Origin: Candidatus Fermentibacterota bacterium
GTDB taxonomy: Bacteria > Fermentibacterota > Fermentibacteria > Fermentibacterales > JCC-6
Reading direction: 5' to 3'
NCBI GenBank assembly: GCA_963845085.1
Contig: CAWJQI010000002.1
Location: 1-42,144 of the forward strand
DNA length: 42,144 nt
How positions within the stretch are numbered: the stretch's first letter is position 1; each line of letters begins with the position of its first letter. The notes below the pieces were generated by a model. The model did no database searches, was not told where the DNA came from, and saw only the letters and a list, made by a program, of their open reading frames with translations. Shown piece by piece: positions 10,282-19,357 of this stretch. Position numbers and translations under genes: made by a program.

Positions 10282-11248
10282 GCCGATCGTATACCATCGA
10301 ACCCATTTTGCGTCGGAGAGCGGTTCCGGTGGTCGGCTGCATGAAACGCGCATAGAGTTGTCGTGCAGTCATTGAATTGCCAAGAGGAACAACCTTCATT
10401 GTAAATGCCTCGCGCAAGCCCGTAAGGGAGGACCGGAATCTCCCGGTCTGTCCTTTGGAAAGCATATAACCCAGGGAGATGACCTCCCAAGCCGCAAGGA
10501 GAATGGAAATTCTGTCGAATTCCCGTCCCAGATGGCGTCTCATGACCAGTATCCTGTTTCTCGAACAGAAACGGATTCTGGCTGGGCTTGCCGTACCGGC
10601 GGTGGCCGACATCACATGCTCCACCACAGCGCTCGGTTCATAAACGACCCTGTAGCCATTCTTCCAAAGCCTCAAGCCCAGGTCTGTGTCCTCGTTGTAC
10701 AGGAACAGGGTGTTCCAGAACAGGGTTTTGCCATCCTCCAAAGAACTTCTTCTCAAAGCCATTGCTCCGCCGCAGGGTGAGAAGACCTCGTCCGCAGTGC
10801 TCCATTTTTCAGAGGGTTCCCCCCGTCCCCTGTCGAAGGTGTATCCGAGGTTGTCCATGCCACCGCCGGCCGAATCCATAGTTCCCTTATCCCCCATCCG
10901 GCGCATGGAGCTCGTAACTGCCCCGACTGAGCTGTTTTCAAGCGGCTTTAAAAGGTTTGCAAGCCAGTCCGGGGCAACCCTTGTGTCGTTGTTCAGAAGC
11001 ACCACGTAGTCTGAGTCGGTGATGGCTGCACCTGCGTTGTTCGCCCCCGTGAATCCGGTGTTGCTTCCAAGGAAAAGGCCGGTTACCATGGGCCACACTT
11101 CCCGGATGTAATCGACGGAACCATCAGTGGACCCGTTGTCGACCACGATCACCATTGAAGGATCGGTTACCTGTGGGACCAGGGAGGAAAGGCAGGTGTC
11201 GATTAGATGTCTGCCGTTATAGTTGGCGATCACTACGGAAACGCTCAT
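10271..11248 (-). CDS. Glycosyltransferase family 2 (paralog of 9286..10281)
   Basis: VSVVIANYNG, VVDNGSTDGS, LLNNDT, EDTDL; start placed at MSVSVV. Confidence 0.93.
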   Translation of the reverse strand: MSVSVVIANYNGRHLIDTCLSSLVPQVTDPSMVIVVDNGSTDGSVDYIREVWPMVTGLFLGSNTGFTGANNAGAAITDSDYVVLLNNDTRVAPDWLANLLKPLENSSVGAVTSSMRRMGDKGTMDSAGGGMDNLGYTFDRGRGEPSEKWSTADEVFSPCGGAMALRRSSLEDGKTLFWNTLFLYNEDTDLGLRLWKNGYRVVYEPSAVVEHVMSATAGTASPARIRFCSRNRILVMRRHLGREFDRISILLAAWEVISLGYMLSKGQTGRFRSSLTGLREAFTMKVVPLGNSMTARQLYARFMQPTTGTALRRKMGSMVYDRLSP

Positions 11249-11353
11249 TCTGATAAGGTCTCTCTCTCCTGGGTTCGGTCCATCGGCCCGGCGGGTTACC
11301 ATACAGCTTTTACTGGATCAGCGGTATCAGGCTGTTCATGTATATTCCGTTCC

Positions 11354-12163
11354 ATGAACAGCACTTTGCTTCAGGGGCTTTCCAGGGCATGCAGCGCAGC
11401 GGGCTCCCTGCTTCTCAGTTACCGCGAGAGGGGCTTTCTCGTTGGAAACAAGGCAGGCATGGAGCTGGTGACCGACGCCGATACCGCATCGGAAAGGCTC
11501 CTCGGGTCGATGCTGCACGACCTGTGTCCTGGTCTGCCGTTCGTGGGGGAGGAGGGGTTTGAAGGCCCGCTTCCCGAACCTCCTTACTGGATCGCGGATC
11601 CGCTTGACGGCACCAACAACTATGCCTTCGATTTCCCTTTCTACTGCGTAAGCGCTGCGTACGTCGACTCTGAAGGGCCGGCTGTCTGCTGTACATTCGA
11701 CCCCGTGAGGAACGAGTCGTTCACCGCCGTTCGCGGGGGTGGCGCCTGGTTGAACGGGGCAGTCATTCATTGCCTCACGGCTGACAATCTCTCGGATGCG
11801 CTGATGGCGACAGGCTTTCCCTATAACAGAACTCCCGGCAACATCAACACCGATCTTGGAGTGCTTGCGCATTTCCTTGGAGTGGCCAGGGGCATCAGGA
11901 GGTCAGGCTCGGCCGCCCTCGATCTTGCGTATACCGCATGCGGCCGGCTCGGAGCGTACTGGGAGAAGAGCCTCAGACCCTGGGACATGGCAGCCGGGAC
12001 CCTGCTGGTGCGGGAGGCCGGCGGAAAAGTCGGTGCATACGAGGGCGGTGACTGGAGCCTGAGCTCAAAGGGAGTCTGTGCCTCTTCGCCCGGCCTGTGG
12101 GAACCCCTTGTCAGCGGCATTGAAAAAGGTCGGGGCGCCCCGTTGGCGCCCCGTGAAGACTAG
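11354..12163 (+). CDS. suhB: Inositol monophosphatase family protein (SuhB-like)
   Basis: VTDAD, GEE, WIADPLDGTNNY, TGFPY, RRSGSAALDL, PWDMAAG. Confidence 0.88.
   Translation: MNSTLLQGLSRACSAAGSLLLSYRERGFLVGNKAGMELVTDADTASERLLGSMLHDLCPGLPFVGEEGFEGPLPEPPYWIADPLDGTNNYAFDFPFYCVSAAYVDSEGPAVCCTFDPVRNESFTAVRGGGAWLNGAVIHCLTADNLSDALMATGFPYNRTPGNINTDLGVLAHFLGVARGIRRSGSAALDLAYTACGRLGAYWEKSLRPWDMAAGTLLVREAGGKVGAYEGGDWSLSSKGVCASSPGLWEPLVSGIEKGRGAPLAPRED
12131..12153 (-). terminator. Intrinsic terminator for the OMP gene, inside the suhB 3' end
   Basis: CGGGGCGCC-CCGTT-GGCGCCCCG stem; followed on the minus strand by ACCTTTTT. Confidence 0.55.
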
Positions 12164-12171
12164 CGGAACTC

Positions 12172-12861
12172 CTAGAAACCGAAGTTCACGCCTGCTGAGA
12201 AAGCGTTTATGGGGTCTCCCGCCTCGTCACCCATGGGCTTGGAATAGTTGAATTCCCCGAAGACGGAGATGGGAAGCGCAGGCGGCTGAAGGCTGAGGCC
12301 TATTACGCCCAGCAGTGACGGGTGGATGTGATCGTAAGGATCGATCGTGGTCGAGCCCTGTGTCTGGGTTTCGATCGCGGCGAGCATGGCATCGGCATCG
12401 CTTGCTGTGAAGTGCACACCGAAACCGCCGCCGACGTATGGTTTCAGAATGGAAGCGCCAAGCGGAACTCCCAGCTTCAGTACGCTCGCAAGGCCGACAT
12501 CGTGATAAGTCGCCTCGTAGGTTTCGTTGAGGATGCCGGGGTCGGACCAGCCCCACTGGCTCTCGAGGTACTGCTGAAGGCCTTCGGGGTTGTTGCTGAA
12601 ATCGATGCCATAATTGTCGTTCACATAGTTAATGAGATAGTCGGACATTACGATGTCCGCCTTTGAAGACGCATAGGTGCCGCTGAACTCAAGATCGAAG
12701 ATACCCGCCAAAGGCAGAACGATTTGCCCGCCGACTGCAGGTCCGTCGGTGTCCTGTCCAGTGAACGGGTTCGTGGTTCCGTAATAGCCGGCTCTGGCGC
12801 CCACCCTGGGTCCGGCAAGCACCACGCCCGCCGCCAGGAAAACAACAATCACTTTTTTCAT
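12172..12861 (-). CDS. Outer-membrane beta-barrel protein
   Basis: GGAG SD; signal peptide MKKVIVVFLAAGVVLA; KPYVGGGFG strand; C-terminal AGVNFGF (terminal Phe). Confidence 0.8.
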   Translation of the reverse strand: MKKVIVVFLAAGVVLAGPRVGARAGYYGTTNPFTGQDTDGPAVGGQIVLPLAGIFDLEFSGTYASSKADIVMSDYLINYVNDNYGIDFSNNPEGLQQYLESQWGWSDPGILNETYEATYHDVGLASVLKLGVPLGASILKPYVGGGFGVHFTASDADAMLAAIETQTQGSTTIDPYDHIHPSLLGVIGLSLQPPALPISVFGEFNYSKPMGDEAGDPINAFSAGVNFGF

Positions 12862-13042
12862 GGATTCTCCTTTCGAAGCCCCAATATTGGAATCACCGGA
12901 GGCCGGGTCAACATGTATTTTTTTTAAGCCACTTGACATGGACTGGAACCTTGACGAGACTATCTTGCTAAGTTCAATGCACCGCATACATCTATAGAAC
13001 AATTTGGTGACGGATTTCTGTTCAATTCTGAAAGGAGTTACC

Positions 13043-15325
13043 TTGAAAAACTTCGTATTTATCGGGTTGATCGTTGTTTTTACAGCCTTCGGTTACCCCG
13101 GTCTCTCCCAGTGGCAGAGCTTCGGTGGGAACCCGGGCGCCGTTGCCGACTTCCAGGTTCAGCAGTCCGACGGCAGCCACATGGTTGCGGAAGTCACCAT
13201 ACCCGGTTTCTGGCTCAGCCAGTTTCCCGCCGGCGGGTCTGCGTACGACAGGGTGGAACTTCCTGACGCGGCATCGCAGGCTGACATTGGTACTCCTGAA
13301 ACACCGTCCGTTGCAAGGCTTTTCGCGCTGCCGTTCGGTACCGAACCCAGCGTTACAGTCATCGATGTCGACTATGTAAGCTACGATGGCATTTCGCTTC
13401 TTCCGGTTCAAACCCCCGCCGTTGACATGCCAGCGCCTGCCGACGGTTTCCGCATCGATGATGCTGCCTATGAAACCAACGCCTTCTTCCCCTCCGCCTG
13501 GGCCGAAGCCGAGAGCTACGGCATCTGGAGCGGTTTGAACACCGGCCGAATTCTCGTGAACCCATTCCGCTACAACCCGGTGACGGGTGAACTCCAGGTT
13601 GCCTCCTCGGTCACGGTCAGGGTCGATTTCGAGGGAAACGTTGAGACCATGGCCTATCCGGTCAACCCGGCCATTCTCTCCGCCGCCTCCAGGCAGCTTG
13701 TCAATTTCTCCGACTTCAGGGACGCATCCGGTGTATCGGTTGATGCCGTTGGCGCCGCCTACGTCTTCCTGGTGTACCAGAACCATTACGAGGCGGTTCT
13801 TCCCCTCGTAGAGTTCTACCAGTCAATCGGTTACGAAACCACCGTCGAAACCTTTGCCTCGGCCCCGACATCAGCAGAGATCAAGGCTGCACTCGCAGAC
13901 AACTACGACTCCGAGACAACGAGGTTTGCGTTGATAGTCGGCACCGACACTGAAATGCCCAGCTACAACTACGGCAGCCACATCGGCGACTACTGGTACG
14001 CATGTGTTGTCGGAACCGACCTGATGCCCGAAGTTGCCGTGGGGCGCCTCACCGGGTCCACTGCTCAGATCAGCCACCAGGTCGACAAGATCATCGATGG
14101 TTATCTTCAGTACAGCTTCAGTGACAATTTGACTACCGGCATCATTCCCAGCACCACAGTACTTGCAGCCCACCAGGAGCAGTACCCCAACAAGTACACG
14201 CTCTGCTGCAATCAGATTGCCGCCTACGACTACAGCCAGTGTGAGATGACCTTCTTCAAGGTCTACCCTCCCGAGGGTGGAACCAACACCATGGTTGCGG
14301 AATGGATCAACAATGGAATCGGCAACGTCGGCTACAGGGGTCACGGAGATGTGACGAACTGGAGCTGGAGCGCTCCGAGCACATGGGTGAAGGCCAACAT
14401 CGACGCCCTCACGAATACATTCATGCCGCCCGTGTTCAACATCGCCTGCTACTGCGGCCGCTTCCAGCAGGGTGAATGCCTTGCCGAGAGCTGGCAGTGG
14501 GCAGTGGGCGGATCCAGCGGCAACCTTGCTGCAAACGATCCGAGCTACACCGAAGCGAACCACGACTACATGAAGCAGATCTACATCAAGCTCTACGACG
14601 AGGGCATCTTCAACGTGGTCGAGGCGATCAATGAAGCCACGATCGTCACGATGAACATCCATGGCACCTATGGCCAGGCGAACGCGAAGATGTACTTCTG
14701 GTTCGGCGACCCCGCCATGGAGATCTTCAGCAACGACGACGCCAATCCCCAGCCCCTGAGCATTGCTGCTCCGGCAAACTTCACCGTCGGCGCCCAGACC
14801 ATAACCGTCACCGTTACCTGCAACGGCAGCCCTGTCCAGGGAGCAACCGCCGCACTCACCGACGGCATTGACGGAACCGCCCACGGCATGACCTTCTACG
14901 AAACAGCGATCACTTCCGCCTCAGGCCAGGCCACGTTCAATGTGACGGTTCCCGCGGGAACCCCGGTTCTCTACACCGGAGCCAGGAAGCACGACTTCCA
15001 GCCTGTCATTGCGAACATCGGCGGGGTAGGTGTTGAGGATGACGCGACGGCAGGCATCCCCGCTGCCGCCTACACCCTTTCCGCCAGTCCCAACCCTGTA
15101 AACAACACCGCAGTGGTCAACTTCAACCTGCCCGAGGCAGGTTCTGCGACCATAGCCGTTTACGACGTGGCGGGCCGCCAGGTGGAAACCATCCACTCGG
15201 GTGAGCTCTCCCCCGGTTCCCACTCGGTGAACTGGAACGCTTCCGCCTTTGCGAACGGCGTCTACTTCGTCAGGCTCACCAGCCCGGCCGGAACCGTATC
15301 CACCCAGGTGATGGTTCTGAAGTAG
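13043..15325 (+). CDS. Gingipain-like peptidase C25 with propeptide and T9SS-like C-terminal domain
   Basis: AAGGAG SD and TTG start; propeptide (NPFRYNPV); VGRL, YRGHG (His), NIACYCG (Cys), FGDP; CTD PNP...YDVAGR...GVYFVRL...VMVLK. Confidence 0.9.
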   Translation: MKNFVFIGLIVVFTAFGYPGLSQWQSFGGNPGAVADFQVQQSDGSHMVAEVTIPGFWLSQFPAGGSAYDRVELPDAASQADIGTPETPSVARLFALPFGTEPSVTVIDVDYVSYDGISLLPVQTPAVDMPAPADGFRIDDAAYETNAFFPSAWAEAESYGIWSGLNTGRILVNPFRYNPVTGELQVASSVTVRVDFEGNVETMAYPVNPAILSAASRQLVNFSDFRDASGVSVDAVGAAYVFLVYQNHYEAVLPLVEFYQSIGYETTVETFASAPTSAEIKAALADNYDSETTRFALIVGTDTEMPSYNYGSHIGDYWYACVVGTDLMPEVAVGRLTGSTAQISHQVDKIIDGYLQYSFSDNLTTGIIPSTTVLAAHQEQYPNKYTLCCNQIAAYDYSQCEMTFFKVYPPEGGTNTMVAEWINNGIGNVGYRGHGDVTNWSWSAPSTWVKANIDALTNTFMPPVFNIACYCGRFQQGECLAESWQWAVGGSSGNLAANDPSYTEANHDYMKQIYIKLYDEGIFNVVEAINEATIVTMNIHGTYGQANAKMYFWFGDPAMEIFSNDDANPQPLSIAAPANFTVGAQTITVTVTCNGSPVQGATAALTDGIDGTAHGMTFYETAITSASGQATFNVTVPAGTPVLYTGARKHDFQPVIANIGGVGVEDDATAGIPAAAYTLSASPNPVNNTAVVNFNLPEAGSATIAVYDVAGRQVETIHSGELSPGSHSVNWNASAFANGVYFVRLTSPAGTVSTQVMVLK

Positions 15326-15335
15326 CTTTCTCTCC

Positions 15336-15392
15336 GGGGGGCACCGACGGGCGCCCCCCTCAGCTTTGGGGGCGCACCCGCGCCCCCTTCTT
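15336..15392 (+). terminator. Tandem GC-rich hairpins after the C25 gene
   Basis: GGGGGGC..GCCCCCC (15336-15359) and GGGGGCGC-ACCC-GCGCCCCC-TTCTT (15368-15392). Confidence 0.6.
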
Positions 15393-15410
15393 CGTATCAT
15401 GCCGCAGGTC

Positions 15411-15588
15411 TTGACCTTTGCGCGATCATTGCTGCATAGTCGGGGTTGCTGCCTGCTCCATCCGGGTGATGGAGCCGAAGTGAACGTTGTTTCACCGGTC
15501 CGGGGGTGGCACCTGAACATCCGATTGTTCAAGCCTTCTTCCGGGCCGGTGAGTATTTTTCCATTGTGGCCGGAAGGAGGCTTCAAGC
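15411..15588 (+). promoter_or_regulatory. rpsF promoter and structured 5' leader
   Basis: TTGACC-18-CATAGT; several helices, one of which can sequester the AAGGAGG SD (see findings). Confidence 0.55.
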
Positions 15589-15918
15589 TTGCGCAGTTAC
15601 GAAACAGTAGTCATCTGGGCTCCCAGCCTGTCCGAATCGGAACAGGAAACCGAAAACGGCAAGGTCGCCGAGATCATCAAGGGAAGCGGCTCGGAGTACA
15701 AGGGCATCGACGTCTGGGGACGCAGACAGCTTGCCTACCCCATCAAGAAGCAGACCGAGGGCATCTACAGTTTTTTCCGCTGGGATGGCGAATCCAAGAC
15801 CATCGAGGCTCTTGACAAGATGCTCCGGATCAACGAGAACAGCCTTCGCCACCTCACACTGAAGACCGGGGAGGAAGGCCCCTCCGCAACCTTCGGGGAA
15901 GAGGAGGAAGAGGAATGA
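15589..15918 (+). CDS. rpsF: 30S ribosomal protein S6
   Basis: MRSYETVVI, WGRRQLAYPIKK, acidic tail. Confidence 0.96.
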   Translation: MRSYETVVIWAPSLSESEQETENGKVAEIIKGSGSEYKGIDVWGRRQLAYPIKKQTEGIYSFFRWDGESKTIEALDKMLRINENSLRHLTLKTGEEGPSATFGEEEEEE

Positions 15919-16358
15919 ACATCCGCGTGCCCTCCCTGAATATGGTGGTCATCGCAGGCAACCTCACGGATGATCCCAGGCAGAACATCCTTGAAAACGG
16001 TGTTCATGTGTCAAACTTCAGGGTGGCAAGCAACCAGTTCTACAAGGGCAGGGACAACGAGTTTCACAAGAAGACCTGTTACGTGGATGTGGTTTGCTGG
16101 CGGAAAACCGCAGAGATCGCTGCGGACAGGCTTCGCAGGGGCAGCCCGGTAGTGGTCGAGGGGGAGCTTCAGACAAGGTCATGGAAGGCTCAGGATGGAA
16201 GCACCCGGAGTGTTCTTGAGATCCTTGCAAGACGCATTCAGTTCCTTGAACGGGAAGAGGGCGAGAGAAGCACGGAGAGCCACCCACTCGAAGATACGCC
16301 TCCCCCGGACAGGGATCCTTCGGACGAACCTGTCTACGACGACGACATCCCGTTCTGA
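15915..16358 (+). CDS. ssb: Single-stranded DNA-binding protein
   Basis: NMVVIAGNLTDDP, VEGELQTRSW, C-terminal DDDIPF. Confidence 0.96.
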   Translation: MNIRVPSLNMVVIAGNLTDDPRQNILENGVHVSNFRVASNQFYKGRDNEFHKKTCYVDVVCWRKTAEIAADRLRRGSPVVVEGELQTRSWKAQDGSTRSVLEILARRIQFLEREEGERSTESHPLEDTPPPDRDPSDEPVYDDDIPF

Positions 16359-16367
16359 GCCCGAGCA

Positions 16368-16733
16368 ATGACACCCGATGCCAATCCCCTTCCGCTGAAC
16401 CTCGTGTTGCTCACTGGAACTATCCTGAAGCGAACCGATCTTTCAATGACAAGTCTGGGAGTCCCTGTGATCACCCTGGTTCTCGAGAGTTCGGAGAACT
16501 CAGCTTCAACTGGATCCATCGAGTCTTTCGAGGAGCTGTCGGTGGAACTCTGGGGGAGATTGGCCCGGGAATTCGATGAAATACTGAAGCCGGGCGAGTT
16601 TGTTCTGATTGAGGCCCAGGTGGCCGGAAGACAGAAGCAGGACAGGACCACAAAGCTTGTTCATCACTGGATGGTGTTGAAAGCAAGAAGGATCCAGATC
16701 CTCACCAAAACAGTCGAAAACGGAGGAATGTGA
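16368..16733 (+). CDS. Divergent SSB-family OB-fold protein without acidic tail (PriB-like)
   Basis: LNLVLLTGTI, VELWGRLA, LKPGEFVLIE, ARRIQIL align by eye with the adjacent SSB; no DDIPF tail. Confidence 0.75.
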   Translation: MTPDANPLPLNLVLLTGTILKRTDLSMTSLGVPVITLVLESSENSASTGSIESFEELSVELWGRLAREFDEILKPGEFVLIEAQVAGRQKQDRTTKLVHHWMVLKARRIQILTKTVENGGM

Positions 16734-16736
16734 ACC

Positions 16737-16988
16737 ATGGCTGCAAAGAAGCCGAGAAAGAAAATCAAGCTTCTCAGAAAAAAGAAGTGTCGTTTCTGCC
16801 TTAACCCTGACGTGGAGATAAGCTACAAGAATGAGCGCGTCATCCAGCGTTACGTCTCCGACCGCGGCAAGATCGTAGCCCGCAGGGTCAGCGGCAACTG
16901 CGCCCGCCATCAGAGAATGGTCGCCGGCCAGATCAAGATAGCGCGGTTCCTCGCTATGGCCCCCTTCACCAGGGAGCACTTCAGATAG
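16737..16988 (+). CDS. rpsR: 30S ribosomal protein S18 (Zn-binding C+ form)
   Basis: CRFC...YKN...RGKI...GNCARHQR...IKIAR. Confidence 0.97.
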   Translation: MAAKKPRKKIKLLRKKKCRFCLNPDVEISYKNERVIQRYVSDRGKIVARRVSGNCARHQRMVAGQIKIARFLAMAPFTREHFR

Positions 16989-17011
16989 ACGCGCTGAAGG
17001 CCTCCGGAGAC

Positions 17012-17845
17012 ATGCGGGGCAGAAGGTGGAAGATGCTTCTGTGGGCCTGCCTGTCCTTCATAATGGGCGTGCCGTTTCCAGCTGCCGGCCTGGCGGCTGG
17101 CCTGATGGCACGGAAGCGGGGCGTCCTGATTCCCCTGGGAATGCTGATTGCCGTGGCGATGGGCTTTCTCATGGGGCCGCAGGCCGGTGTCATGACAGTG
17201 TTCTGTGCATCCTCATTGGCTGTATGCCTTCGATTGAGGGTGAACATGCACATGGCGATCGCTGTAACCTCTGCGGCAACAATTCTTGGCGCGTCTCTTC
17301 CGGTCGACCCCTCACCTGTCTTCATGAGCCTCAGGCTCGAGGACATGGAACCGTTGACCGAGCTTTATGTGGACATGGGCATGGAGCGTTCCATGATCGA
17401 GGATGTTTTCAGCACCATGGAGTACCTGTCCCCTGGAATGGGAGCCATTCAGATCTCTCTGGGCTGCATTGCCACGGTGCTGTTCCTGTCGGCCGGCAAG
17501 AGCGGTGGTTTCGGTCCTCACGGGAGGTTCATCATGGGCTGGCAGACCGCATGGGTGATAATCGCCTGCCTGGCGGTTCGCGTGTTCGCCGGCAGCCTGC
17601 CCGCCGTTGCTCTTCGAATTGCCGACAATGTCCTCCTGTTCATGGCGTTGCCCTACCTTCTCGAGGGGGGGGCGGTGGTCCTCAAATGGGCTTCCTCGTT
17701 CCCCGGTATGACCGCTGTAATGGCAGTAGCACTTGTGCTTGCGACTCCGGTCATGCTCTCGGTGGTGGCGTTGACGGGAGTGTTGGATACCTGGTTTGAC
17801 TTCAGAAGACGAATGGACATGAAAGTGGAAAGGTTGGACGAATGA
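17012..17845 (+). CDS. DUF2232/YybS-like membrane protein
   Basis: Multiple TM helices, C-terminal GVLDTWFDFRRR, position between rpsR and rplI; alternative start 17033. Confidence 0.8.
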   Translation: MRGRRWKMLLWACLSFIMGVPFPAAGLAAGLMARKRGVLIPLGMLIAVAMGFLMGPQAGVMTVFCASSLAVCLRLRVNMHMAIAVTSAATILGASLPVDPSPVFMSLRLEDMEPLTELYVDMGMERSMIEDVFSTMEYLSPGMGAIQISLGCIATVLFLSAGKSGGFGPHGRFIMGWQTAWVIIACLAVRVFAGSLPAVALRIADNVLLFMALPYLLEGGAVVLKWASSFPGMTAVMAVALVLATPVMLSVVALTGVLDTWFDFRRRMDMKVERLDE

Positions 17846-18288
17846 AGGTCCTTCTCACCAAAACAGTCGACACCCTGGGTGATGCCGGGGCAGTCGTTAA
17901 TGTATCTCCCGGGTACGCCCGCAATTTTCTGTTTCCAAGAAACCTTGCCGTCAGCTGCACAACCGGGGCCATGAAGATGGCTGACACCTACAAGGCCAAG
18001 GCAAGGGAAAAGCAGGATCAGGTCAACGCTGAAGCAAAGGAAACAGCCGCAAAGCTTCAGGGAACCGTTATCACGCTCATGGCGACAGCCGACGGCTCGG
18101 GGCAGCTTTACGGCGGCATAAGCGAGAGGGAGATTCTCATCGCTCTGGAGGAAAAGGGGTTCAAGTTCGACAGGAAGCAGATCGTTCTTGACTCGCATAT
18201 CAAGCAGCTCGGTGAGTACGAGGTTCAGGTGAAAGTGTTCGGGGACCTTCATGGGAAGGTAACCGTAAAGGTTTTACCCCAGGAGTAG
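17842..18288 (+). CDS. rplI: 50S ribosomal protein L9
   Basis: MKVLL...LG..G..V.VSPGYARNFLFP; GQLYGG; IKQLGEY. Confidence 0.97.
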   Translation: MKVLLTKTVDTLGDAGAVVNVSPGYARNFLFPRNLAVSCTTGAMKMADTYKAKAREKQDQVNAEAKETAAKLQGTVITLMATADGSGQLYGGISEREILIALEEKGFKFDRKQIVLDSHIKQLGEYEVQVKVFGDLHGKVTVKVLPQE

Positions 18289-18289
18289 A

Positions 18290-19294
18290 ATGCTCCTTTC
18301 GGTGGAGACTTCCTGTGATGATTCGGCGGCGGCCCTGCTCGATGCTGAAGGCCGTGTGCTGGCCCAGGAGGTCTTCACCCAACCCCAGCATATGGGCGGG
18401 GTCGTTCCGGAAATTGCTTCCCGGCTGCATATGCAGGTTCTGCCGGACATGGTGGACCGAGTCCTTGCCTCTGCCGGAGCTTCACTGGGCGATGTAAGCC
18501 ATTTCGCAGCAACCGCCGGGCCCGGGCTGGTGGGGTCGCTTCTGGTGGGCCTCTCTTACACCAAAGCCGCTGCAATGGCAAGGGGCAGATCCTTTTTGGG
18601 GATCAACCACCTGGCAGCCCACATACACATTCACTATTCGCGATCCGGCGACGTTCGCTTTCCCGCTGTGGTCCTGCTCGCGAGCGGGGGGCATACCGCC
18701 CTGTTTCACATGACGGGATGGGATAACTGCCGGCTTTTGGGGAGCACCAGGGATGACGCTGCCGGAGAAGCCTTCGACAAGACCGCCAAACTGATGAACC
18801 TGGGTTTTCCCGGGGGCAGGGCGCTCGATGTTCTTGCTGACAGGGGAAATCCCGATTCGGTAGACCTTCCGTTCCCGATGGGTTCCAGGCAGAGTCCCGA
18901 ATTCAGCTTCAGCGGCCTCAAGACTGCAGCAAGGCTTTGCTGGGAGTCGGGCCTCTACTCGCCCGAAGACATGGCGGCATCATTCCGCGCCAGGGTATGC
19001 GACATACTTTCGCGAAAGCTTTTTTTTCAGGCTCGAAAGCACCGGGTTTTGTCAGTCCTTGCCGCCGGCGGTGTCACGGCCAACTCACTTCTCAGAAAAA
19101 CCCTCATTGAAAGCGCTTCCAGAATGGGAGTGCGGCTTCTTCTCCCGCCCATTTTGCACACCACCGACAACGCGGTCATGGTCGGAAGGGCGGCCCTGGC
19201 AGAACTTGATGCCGACCCGTCCGCCTGCTCACCGCTCTCCTGCAACGCGTTTGCAAGATGGAACGGAGAGGGGCTGGTGCGCTTGTGCCGCTGA
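18290..19294 (+). CDS. tsaD: tRNA t6A threonylcarbamoyltransferase
   Basis: ETSCDD, GGVVPEIASRLH, GPGLVGSL, HxxxH, SGGHT, TRDDAAGEAFDK, FSFSGLKT, TDNAVM. Confidence 0.96.
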   Translation: MLLSVETSCDDSAAALLDAEGRVLAQEVFTQPQHMGGVVPEIASRLHMQVLPDMVDRVLASAGASLGDVSHFAATAGPGLVGSLLVGLSYTKAAAMARGRSFLGINHLAAHIHIHYSRSGDVRFPAVVLLASGGHTALFHMTGWDNCRLLGSTRDDAAGEAFDKTAKLMNLGFPGGRALDVLADRGNPDSVDLPFPMGSRQSPEFSFSGLKTAARLCWESGLYSPEDMAASFRARVCDILSRKLFFQARKHRVLSVLAAGGVTANSLLRKTLIESASRMGVRLLLPPILHTTDNAVMVGRAALAELDADPSACSPLSCNAFARWNGEGLVRLCR

Positions 19295-19357
19295 CATCAT
19301 TGTTCGTGGTTAGTATTGTCACATTATGGAACTTTTGCGGGAAAACCGGAGGCCCTC

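Noticed and set aside
15441..15588. 6S RNA or SRP RNA upstream of rpsF
   Set aside because: GAGCCGA and CCTGAAC..GTTCAAG recall 6S motifs but are too close together, and the 3' arm is the rpsF SD; no SRP domain IV consensus. Better explained as an mRNA leader.
18605..18630. TsaD HLAAH instead of HxEGH
   Set aside because: Both metal-binding His residues are retained; minor variation.
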